Shown here piece after piece: positions 25,163 to 32,000 of a stretch of DNA of 32,000 nt (position 1 is the first letter of the stretch; the number at the start of each line of letters is the position of its first letter). The DNA is from Microcystis aeruginosa NIES-843 (GTDB taxonomy: Bacteria > Cyanobacteriota > Cyanobacteriia > Cyanobacteriales > Microcystaceae), in contig NC_010296.1 of NCBI RefSeq assembly GCF_000010625.1, forward strand, positions 2,040,001 through 2,072,000. Direction: 5' to 3'. The position numbers were made by a program, and so were the translations under genes. The notes beneath the pieces are model-generated. The model did no database searches. It was not told the DNA's origin and was given only the letters and a program-made list of their open reading frames with translations.

Positions 25163-26425
25163 CTAAGAAAAACAATTGGCAAAGAAATCAATAGTTTCCT
25201 GTAAAGCGACAATAAAGCGATCGATTTCTTCTCGGGTATTATAAAAATATAGACTTGCCCGCGCGCTGCCGGAAGCATCAAAAAAGCGGTGTAGAGGTTG
25301 GGTACAGTGATGACCGGAGCGAATAGCGATTCCTTCCTGGTCTAATAAAGTGGCTAAATCACTAGCATGAATCCCTTCCACATTAAAGGCGGCTAAACTA
25401 GCCCGACCTTGGCCTGTTAAACTAGGTGGCGGCCCGTAAATTCTTAAACCCTCAATTTCTCCTAATTTTTTGAACAAATGGGCGGTTAATTCTTCTTCGT
25501 AGGCATGAATATTATCCATCCCTAAACCCCTTAAATATTCTACCGCAGCACCGAGGGCAATCGCTTCGCCAATAGCGGGGGTTCCAGCTTCAAATTTGTG
25601 GGGCAGTTCGGCACAGGTAAAATGGTCTAAATAGACTTCCGCAATCATTTCGCCACCACCAAAAAAGGGCGGCATTGCCTCTAAAATCGCCTCTTTGCCG
25701 TACAAAAATCCAATACCGGTGGGGGCGCACATTTTATGACCACTAGCCACCAACCAATCACAATCTATGGCCTGCACATCAATGGCTAAATGGGGGACAC
25801 TTTGACAGGCATCAATTAATACTTTCGCCCCGACTTGATGGGCAAGGCTGACTATTTCGGCAACGGGATTAATACAGCCTAATGTATTAGAAACATGAAG
25901 GACAGCAACTAATTTAGTTTTGTCAGATAACAAAGATTTATATTGTTCTAAATCAAAGCTTTCGTCGCTGGTTAACTGCACATATTTAATCACTGCCCCC
26001 GTCTTTTGGCAGACAATTTGCCAGGGGATTAAATTACTGTGGTGTTCCATGACCGAGAGAATAATTTCATCCCCTGCTTTCAGGGTATTTAATGCCCAAC
26101 TGTAGGCGACTAAATTAATCGCTTCCGTGGCGTTGCGAGTATAGACAATTTCCTGACGAGAAGCGGCATTAATAAACCTAGCCACCTTATCTCTGGCCCC
26201 TTCGTAGGCTTCCGTTGCCCGGACACTTAAAGTATGCGCCCCCCGATGCACATTAGCGTTATCTTTTTCGTAATAGTTTCGCAGGGTTTCTAATACTTGA
26301 ATGGGTTTTTGGGAAGTGGCGGCACTATCGAGATAGATAAGGGGTTTATCGTGTACGGTTTGATGGAGGATAGGGAAATCGGCGCGGACTTTTTGGGCGA
26401 GGGTTTTTTCTTGGATAATTGTCAT
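25163..26425 (-). CDS. sufS: Cysteine desulfurase SufS (group II)
   Basis: 420 aa. The PLP-lysine motif is [16 protein letters not shown] and the catalytic Cys loop is [10 protein letters not shown]. Confidence 0.95.
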   Translation of the reverse strand: MTIIQEKTLAQKVRADFPILHQTVHDKPLIYLDSAATSQKPIQVLETLRNYYEKDNANVHRGAHTLSVRATEAYEGARDKVARFINAASRQEIVYTRNATEAINLVAYSWALNTLKAGDEIILSVMEHHSNLIPWQIVCQKTGAVIKYVQLTSDESFDLEQYKSLLSDKTKLVAVLHVSNTLGCINPVAEIVSLAHQVGAKVLIDACQSVPHLAIDVQAIDCDWLVASGHKMCAPTGIGFLYGKEAILEAMPPFFGGGEMIAEVYLDHFTCAELPHKFEAGTPAIGEAIALGAAVEYLRGLGMDNIHAYEEELTAHLFKKLGEIEGLRIYGPPPSLTGQGRASLAAFNVEGIHASDLATLLDQEGIAIRSGHHCTQPLHRFFDASGSARASLYFYNTREEIDRFIVALQETIDFFANCFS

Positions 26426-26480
26426 TTTAGTCAGGAGTCAGAGGGGTACTTTGGGCAGGTTGACACCCACCCCGGTAGAG

Positions 26481-27806
26481 TTATTCCACACTGCGACAGG
26501 CGACGCATTGCCCCAATCTTTGGCGGAGGGATTCTAGAGGAATTTTAGCTAAAATCTCGGCCGAGAAAGCATCAATTAACAAACTGCGGGCGGTGTCGGT
26601 GCTTAAGCCCCGGCTTTGCAGATAGAATAAATCATCGGCTTCCAGTTGGCTAACGGTTGCCCCGTGGGAACATTTGACGTTATCGGCGGTAATTTGTAAT
26701 TCGGGTTTGGTGTTGACTCGTGCCTTGTTAGAAATTAACAAATTCCGATTTAACTGGGAGGCGTTGGTTAATTGGGCGGGTTTGGGAACAAACACTTTAC
26801 CATTAAAGATAGCGTGAGCGCTACCATCAACTATACATTTATGCAGTTGGTTGGCGATGCCGTGGGGATGGTTGAGATAGATGGCGCTGTGGGTATCGGT
26901 GGTTTGTTGTCCAGTAATCATGGCTAATCCGTGCAGATTTGTCTCGGTTTGTTCTCCTTTTTGCAGGATATCGAGGTTATGACGGCAGAGTTTAGCTCCT
27001 AGATTTATCTCGTTGAGAGTGTAACGGCTATCGCGCCCTTGTTCAATTATCGTGCGTCCGATGTGAAAACCATCTCCCGATTCCCGTTGTACTCTGGTAT
27101 GGATGACCTCGGCGTTGGCTTCGAGGTAAATTTCCGTGACAGCGTTGGTGAAATAAGAGTAATTTACAGGTAAATCGGAGCAATATTCGGCTAAAGCCCC
27201 GTAGTTCTCAATAATATTGACACTGGCTCCCGTTTCCGCCACGATTAGGCTATGGGGCTGATAAAAGCGGGGAATTTCCTCCACAACGGTGATAAATAAG
27301 AGATGTATGGGAGTTGTGACGACGGTGTTAGCGGTGACGTGAATTACTGCCCCATCGCTTAGTCCAGCTTGGTTGAGTGCGGTAAAAAATTCGGGGGTTT
27401 TTTCTTTCCCTAGATAGTTGACAAGAACATCTTTTTGTGCATTGGCAAGATTGCTGACGCTGACACCAGGGGGTAAAGCGGAGATATCGGACAATTCAGG
27501 CTGATAAATGCCGTTAACGAAGACTATACGGCTGTTTTTGGCTTCGGGCAGCAAAAAGGTAGCGAGGGCATTTTTATCGATTGTAACGGTTTGGGGAGCG
27601 CGAAAATCGATCGCCCAGAGTTGACTTAAATCGGTGAATTGCCATTCTTCGTCTTTTCTGCCAGGGATGGCTAATTCGTGAGCTTTACTGGCTCCCGATT
27701 CTCTTAATTCGAGAATTTTACTGTTATCGACAGTGGGAACCGTTTCTCGCGACAATTTTAACAATAATTCTCCTGATTGTTCAGGTTTCGTGATTATGGC
27801 TGTCAT
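26481..27806 (-). CDS. sufD: Fe-S cluster assembly protein SufD
   Basis: 441 aa beta-helix-type SufBD family protein (VKCSHGATVSQLEADDLFYLQSRGL), positioned between sufC and sufS. Confidence 0.92.
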   Translation of the reverse strand: MTAIITKPEQSGELLLKLSRETVPTVDNSKILELRESGASKAHELAIPGRKDEEWQFTDLSQLWAIDFRAPQTVTIDKNALATFLLPEAKNSRIVFVNGIYQPELSDISALPPGVSVSNLANAQKDVLVNYLGKEKTPEFFTALNQAGLSDGAVIHVTANTVVTTPIHLLFITVVEEIPRFYQPHSLIVAETGASVNIIENYGALAEYCSDLPVNYSYFTNAVTEIYLEANAEVIHTRVQRESGDGFHIGRTIIEQGRDSRYTLNEINLGAKLCRHNLDILQKGEQTETNLHGLAMITGQQTTDTHSAIYLNHPHGIANQLHKCIVDGSAHAIFNGKVFVPKPAQLTNASQLNRNLLISNKARVNTKPELQITADNVKCSHGATVSQLEADDLFYLQSRGLSTDTARSLLIDAFSAEILAKIPLESLRQRLGQCVACRSVE

Positions 27807-27813
27807 TGGTAGG

Positions 27814-27922
27814 AGGGTGTGGGGTGTAGGGTGTGGGGTGTAGGGTGTGGGGTGTGGGGTGTAGGGTGTGGGGTGTGGGGTGTAGGGTGTGGGGTGTGGG
27901 GTGTAGGGTGTGGGGTGTGGGG
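27814..27922. repeat. G-rich heptamer array (RGGGTGT)x15 plus GGGG, with a higher-order 21-nt period
   Basis: The array is read directly. It has 16 G3-4 tracts separated by TGT or TGTA. It starts 8 nt from the sufD start codon, inside the sufC-sufD spacer. Confidence 0.92.
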
Positions 27923-27940
27923 AGAATAAGTAAAAATAAT

Positions 27941-27975
27941 CTCCTGACTCCTGCCTCCTGACTCCTGACTCCCCA
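27941..27975. repeat. STRR-type heptamer array (CTCCTGA-like)x5
   Basis: CTCCTGA CTCCTGC CTCCTGA CTCCTGA CTCCCCA. The same family occurs at 1351 and 10400. Confidence 0.9.
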
Positions 27976-27999
27976 GACTACTGATAACTGATAGCTAGA

Positions 28000-28770
28000 T
28001 TACTTAACGGCTAATAATTGTTCGTCGAGGAAATCGTAGCCAGTTCTTTCTAATTCGAGAGCTAATTCTTTACCGCCACTGGTGACAATGCGCCCATCGT
28101 ACATAACATGAATAACATCGGGTTCAATGTAGTTGAGCAGACGCTGATAGTGGGTGATAAGTAAAAAAGCGTTATCGGGAGTAGCTAAGTGATTGACTCC
28201 CTGGGCAACAATTCGCAAAGCATCGATGTCTAAACCGGAGTCAATTTCATCGAGAATTCCTAAAGTAGGTTCTAATAAAGCCATTTGTAGGATTTCATTA
28301 CGTTTTTTCTCACCACCGGAGAAACCTTCGTTTAAACTTCTGCCAAGAAAGCTAGGATTCATCTGGACAACTTCTAGTTTTTTCTCGACTAATTCCTCAA
28401 AGTCAAAACTATCTAATTCTTCCGAGCCTAGATATTTTTGTCGGGCATTGTAGGCAACGCGAAGAAAATCGAGGTTACTAACGCCGGGGATTTCTAGGGG
28501 ATATTGGAATGCGAGAAAGATACCCATAAGCGCTCGTTCATCGGGTTCTTTGTCTAAAAGGTTTTCGCCTTTATAAATTATTTCTCCCCCAGTTACTTCA
28601 TAATCGGGATGTCCAGCGATTACTTTTGAAAAGGTGCTTTTTCCTGAGCCATTGCGCCCCATAATTGCGTGGGTTTCACCTGCTTTAATTTCGAGGTTAA
28701 CTCCTTTAAGAATCTGATTTCCATCAATACTAGCGGTTAGATTTTTTACCGATAAAATTACTTCACTCAT
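28000..28770 (-). CDS. sufC: Fe-S cluster assembly ATPase SufC
   Basis: Walker A is GRNGSGKST, the signature motif is FSGGEKKR, and Walker B is [12 protein letters not shown]. Confidence 0.96.
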   Translation of the reverse strand: MSEVILSVKNLTASIDGNQILKGVNLEIKAGETHAIMGRNGSGKSTFSKVIAGHPDYEVTGGEIIYKGENLLDKEPDERALMGIFLAFQYPLEIPGVSNLDFLRVAYNARQKYLGSEELDSFDFEELVEKKLEVVQMNPSFLGRSLNEGFSGGEKKRNEILQMALLEPTLGILDEIDSGLDIDALRIVAQGVNHLATPDNAFLLITHYQRLLNYIEPDVIHVMYDGRIVTSGGKELALELERTGYDFLDEQLLAVK

Positions 28771-28842
28771 GAGATGTTTTTCTAGAACAAAAATATTAGT
28801 TTTGGTGGTTGACGGCGAATCATCAATTGATGGATAAATTGT

Positions 28843-28951
28843 CTTAGCTTTTGGTGGGTTACGGCTATCGCCTAACTTAGCTTTTGGTGGGTTACGGCTA
28901 TCGCCTAACTTAGCTTTTGGTGGGTTACGGCTATCGCCTAACCCACCCTAC
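28843..28951. repeat. 33-bp tandem repeat x3 ending in a REP-like hairpin
   Basis: CTTAGCTTTTGGTGGGTTACGGCTATCGCCTAA occurs three times (28843-28941). Only the last copy is followed by CCCACCCTAC, which completes the stem GGTGGGTTA/TAACCCACC. Confidence 0.9.
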
Positions 28952-28967
28952 TTTACTACTTTACTGA

Positions 28968-30410
28968 TTATCCGACGGTTCCTTCTAGCTTGAGACTGAG
29001 GAGTTTATCAGCTTCAGCGGCGAATTCCATCGGTAATTTACTGAGGACATCCTTACAGAAACCACTGACTAACATAGAGACAGCATCTTCTTCGGAAATA
29101 CCCCGTTGTGCGAAGTAGAATAATTGGTCTTCACCGATTTTAGAAGTAGAAGCTTCGTGTTCTACTTTAGCACTGTTGTTATCCACCTGAATATAGGGAA
29201 AGGTGTTAGCTTCAGCATTATCTCCAATCAGCATAGAATCACACTGGGAGTAATTTCTTGCTCCCTTGGCTTTCGGTCCCATTTTCACTAAACCGCGATA
29301 ACTATTTTGGGAGTTACCCGCAGAAATTCCCTTAGAAATAATCGTACTCTTGGTGTTGCGGCCAATGTGAATCATTTTCGTACCTGTATCGGCCTGTTGT
29401 TTGTTATTAGTTAGGGCAATTGAGTAGAATTCCCCGACGGAATTATCGCCGACTAAGACACAACTGGGATACTTCCAAGTAATTGCCGAACCAGTTTCCA
29501 CCTGCGTCCAAGAAATCTTAGAATTAACTCCTTTACACAGACCCCGTTTAGTGACGAAATTGTAAATACCTCCCTTCCCATTGGCATCGCCAGCGTACCA
29601 ATTTTGTACCGTCGAATATTTAATATCCGCATTATCGAGGGCGACTAATTCCACGACGGCGGCATGAAGTTGATTACTATCGTACATCGGAGCAGTGCAA
29701 CCTTCTAAATAACTTACCGATGCCCCTTCCTCAGCGACAATTAAAGTTCTTTCAAATTGTCCCGTCTCACCGTTATTAATCCGAAAATAGGTGGACAATT
29801 CCATCGGACAGACGACACCTTTGGGTATAAAAACAAAGGAACCATCGCTAAAAACGGCCGAATTAAGAGCGGCAAAATAATTATCACCCACGGGGACTAC
29901 ACTGCCGAGATATTTCTGCACTAAGTCGGGATGTTCCTGTAAAGCTTCCGAAATAGAACAGAAGATAACCCCCTGTTCTGCTAGTTTTTCTTTAAAAGTT
30001 GTGGCGATAGAAACGCTGTCAAAGATAGCATCGACGGCCACGTTAGACAGGCGTTTTTGTTCCGAAAGGGGAATGCCTAATTTTTCAAAGGTTTCGATTA
30101 AAGTGGGGTCAACTTCTTCCAGACTGTTGAGTTTTTCTTTTTTCTGTTTGGGTGCAGAGTAGTAGATAATATTTTGATAATCAATGGCAGGATAGGAAAC
30201 GTGCGGCCAACTGGGTTCGGTCATCTTTTGCCATTGATGGTAGGCCCGGAGACGAAAATCGAGCATGAATTCCGGTTCCTTCTTTTTCGCTGAAATTAGG
30301 CGAATAATCTCCTCATTTAAACCGCGGGGGATGGTTTCCGATTCGATATCGGTGATGAAACCGTACTTGTAGGGTTGGTTAACGAGATTTTTAACGGTGG
30401 TTGCACTCAT
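28968..30410 (-). CDS. sufB: Fe-S cluster assembly scaffold SufB
   Basis: 480 aa with high-confidence SufB sequence throughout ([26 protein letters not shown]). Confidence 0.96.
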   Translation of the reverse strand: MSATTVKNLVNQPYKYGFITDIESETIPRGLNEEIIRLISAKKKEPEFMLDFRLRAYHQWQKMTEPSWPHVSYPAIDYQNIIYYSAPKQKKEKLNSLEEVDPTLIETFEKLGIPLSEQKRLSNVAVDAIFDSVSIATTFKEKLAEQGVIFCSISEALQEHPDLVQKYLGSVVPVGDNYFAALNSAVFSDGSFVFIPKGVVCPMELSTYFRINNGETGQFERTLIVAEEGASVSYLEGCTAPMYDSNQLHAAVVELVALDNADIKYSTVQNWYAGDANGKGGIYNFVTKRGLCKGVNSKISWTQVETGSAITWKYPSCVLVGDNSVGEFYSIALTNNKQQADTGTKMIHIGRNTKSTIISKGISAGNSQNSYRGLVKMGPKAKGARNYSQCDSMLIGDNAEANTFPYIQVDNNSAKVEHEASTSKIGEDQLFYFAQRGISEEDAVSMLVSGFCKDVLSKLPMEFAAEADKLLSLKLEGTVG

Positions 30411-30453
30411 GGGGGTTAGTGTTCTCTCTACGCGGTAGGCAGGGGAGGCAGTT

Positions 30454-30473
30454 AAACAACAATAAAGTTGTTT
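30454..30473. promoter_or_regulatory. SufR operator 1 (CAAC-N6-GTTG)
   Basis: AAACAAC-AATAAA-GTTGTTT is a perfect 7-bp-arm palindrome in the sufB-sufR divergent spacer. Confidence 0.8.
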
Positions 30474-30493
30474 AAATTGATTATATAATAGAT

Positions 30494-30513
30494 TAACAAC
30501 AAAGCTGTTGTCA
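30494..30513. promoter_or_regulatory. SufR operator 2 (CAAC-N6-GTTG)
   Basis: ACAAC-AAAGCT-GTTGT. A TATAAT hexamer (30484-30489) lies between the two operators. Confidence 0.8.
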
Positions 30514-30633
30514 AAGTCACGGAAAATTTCAGAGGATGCTGGTAAACCTCTGTTATTCAGGTTACTCTGTAGGGGTAATTGGCCGCTCCTTGACCCTCAG
30601 CAATTGTACGCTAAAGCCTCTGTTTTTGGTATC

Positions 30634-31272
30634 ATGACCACGACTCAACCCGCCTCGACGAAAGACGATATTCTGCAATATTTGCTCAAAAACGGTCAAT
30701 CTACCGCCCAAGACTTGGCTGAGGAGTTAAGTATTAGTCCGCAAGCGACGCGCCGCCATCTTAAGGATTTGGAGGAGGAAGGACTGATAGAATATTTTGC
30801 CGTACAAAATAAGATAGGACGGCCCCAGCACATTTATCGTCTCAGTCGTCAAGGTCGTGGCCGTTTTCCCCATAATTACGATAATTTCGCCGTTTCTTTC
30901 CTCAATACTCTCGTGGAGACGGTGGGAGAGCAACAGGTGGGGGAAATTCTCAAAAAACAGTGGCAACGCAAAGCGGCAGAATATCAATTGCGCCTCGGGA
31001 AGGGGTCTTTAGGGGAAAGAATGAGAAAATTGCTGGAAATTCGCCAAGAGGAGGGTTATATGGCAGAATTAGTGGCACTGGAAGCAGAAAATAGTTATGT
31101 CCTGGCCGAGCATCATTGCGCTATTGCTGAGGTGGCTGGTTCTTATCCCAGTATCTGTGGCCATGAATTAGAAATGTTTGCGATGCTGCTTCCCGATTGT
31201 ACGATCGAACGGACTCACTGGATCAATCAAGGTGAGCAACGATGTGGTTATCTAATTAAGTGCAAGGGATGA
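30634..31272 (+). CDS. sufR: SufR, [4Fe-4S]-sensing transcriptional repressor of the suf operon
   Basis: The N-terminal winged HTH reads ILQYLLKNGQSTAQDLAEELSISPQATRRHLKDLEEEGLI. The C-terminal motif is exactly C-X12-C-X13-C-X14-C. I chose the ATG at 30634 over the track's TTG at 30508, which lies inside operator 2. Confidence 0.9.
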   Translation: MTTTQPASTKDDILQYLLKNGQSTAQDLAEELSISPQATRRHLKDLEEEGLIEYFAVQNKIGRPQHIYRLSRQGRGRFPHNYDNFAVSFLNTLVETVGEQQVGEILKKQWQRKAAEYQLRLGKGSLGERMRKLLEIRQEEGYMAELVALEAENSYVLAEHHCAIAEVAGSYPSICGHELEMFAMLLPDCTIERTHWINQGEQRCGYLIKCKG

Positions 31273-31376
31273 CAGAGAAAGATTAGTTATCTCTAGACTA
31301 CCAGCTGCTGTTCCGGCGTTCCCTAAAACCAGAGATTTCCTACCTTGCCATTAAGACAACTGCTATAAGAAAATAG

Positions 31377-32000
31377 TCATCGAAAATTTGGGTCTGAAAC
31401 CCCGTCGTTCTACGACGGCTTTACTGTTAAATATGAGCATCGTTTACGAAATATATGCTAAAATGTGAGGTATGGAAAAAGCCTATTCGTTTCGATTTTA
31501 CCCCACACCCGAACAAGAGTCGCTATTGCGGCGCACTTTGGGCTGTGTAAGATTAGTTTACAACAAAGCTCTCCACGAACGAACACAAGCTTGGTACGAA
31601 AAGCAAGAAAGAGTAGGCTACGCTCAAACTTCTTCAATGTTGACTGAGTGGAAAAAACAAGAAGAATTAGACTTTTTAAACGAAGTAAGCTGTGTACCTT
31701 TACAACAAGGGTTAAGACACCTACAAACAGCTTTTACTAATTTCTTTGCTGGTCGGACTAAGTATCCTAACTTTAAGAAAAAACATCAAGGAGGAAGTGC
31801 CGAATTTACCAAATCTGCTTTTAAGTTCAAAGACAAACAAATCTATTTAGCTAAATGCACAGAACCTTTACCTATTCGATGGTCAAGACAAATACCAGAA
31901 AGCTGTGAACCAAGCACAGTAACAGTCAGATTACATCCTTCTGGACGTTGGCATATTTCAATAAGATTTGATGACCCAACGATTAAGCCTCTACCAGTAA
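31377..32000 (+). mobile_element. IS200/IS605-family tnpB-only element, copy 2 (runs off the window)
   Basis: The left end TCATCGAAAATTTGGGTCTGAAACCCCGTCGTTCTACGACGG is homologous to 4331 onward. The coding part is about 95% identical to copy 1 by eye. Confidence 0.85.
31472..32000 (+). CDS. tnpB: TnpB, N-terminal 176 codons (3' end outside window)
   Basis: It reads MEKAYSFRFYPTPEQESLLRRTLGCVRLVYNKALHERTQAWYEKQERVGYAQTSS... and is open to the window end. The ORF track lists only an out-of-frame ORF here because this frame has no stop. Confidence 0.9.
   Translation, partial: MEKAYSFRFYPTPEQESLLRRTLGCVRLVYNKALHERTQAWYEKQERVGYAQTSSMLTEWKKQEELDFLNEVSCVPLQQGLRHLQTAFTNFFAGRTKYPNFKKKHQGGSAEFTKSAFKFKDKQIYLAKCTEPLPIRWSRQIPESCEPSTVTVRLHPSGRWHISIRFDDPTIKPLPV

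Noticed and set aside
28843-28941. The 33-bp repeats looked at first glance like a small CRISPR array.
   Set aside because: The units are directly tandem with no spacers, there are only three copies, no cas genes are nearby, and the unit is part of a REP-like hairpin.
30508-30633. The longer sufR ORF starting at the TTG at 30508 (254 aa).
   Set aside because: The start codon lies inside the second SufR operator. The extra 42 residues have no SufR-like sequence, and the ATG at 30634 gives the usual N-terminus just before the HTH.
31465-31647. The 60-aa ORF in the track (MRYGKSLFVS...).
   Set aside because: It is out of frame relative to the tnpB frame starting at 31472, which matches copy 1 residue for residue.

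Overview
This looks like a chromosomal segment of a unicellular cyanobacterium. Supporting signs are many HIP1 GCGATCGC sites, heptameric STRR-type tandem arrays, divergent ctaAB/ctaCDE clusters and the sufR-sufBCDS layout. The repeat and MITE families look Microcystis-like to me, but that is recollection and is not verified. Gene order is as follows. A 5'-truncated AAA-like NTPase gene sits at the left edge, followed by a YyaL-type thioredoxin-domain gene (-) and a CpcT/CpeT-family gene (+). Next comes a TnpB-only IS200/IS605 element wedged against the 3' end of hemB (-), then folE (-), def (-) and dnaA (+). A 360-bp tnpB-less derivative of the same IS family follows. Then come ctaB-ctaA (-), ctaC-ctaD-ctaE (+), and an overlapping acyl-CoA-dehydrogenase-like plus carrier-protein gene pair (-). 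An accessory-looking stretch of about 5 kb follows: an RTX-repeat protein, a DUF29 gene, a PIN-domain pseudogene split by two nested MITEs, and an FkbM methyltransferase. After that come an RluA pseudouridine synthase with a long N-terminal extension (-), sufS-sufD-sufC-sufB (-), divergent sufR (+) with two CAAC-N6-GTTG operators, and the start of a second tnpB copy at the right edge. I found no rRNA, tRNA or CRISPR array. The items most worth follow-up are: the ACAD-like/ACP module in a phylum thought to lack beta-oxidation; the TnpB family (an intact copy supplying the hemB C-terminus, an orphan derivative carrying both ends, a conserved TCAT junction); heptad arrays that abut stop codons or sit inside operons, including a 16-tract G-rich array within the suf operon; the RluA fusion protein; and the nested MITE insertion. 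No statistics or database searches were run. All homology calls come from motif recognition by eye.
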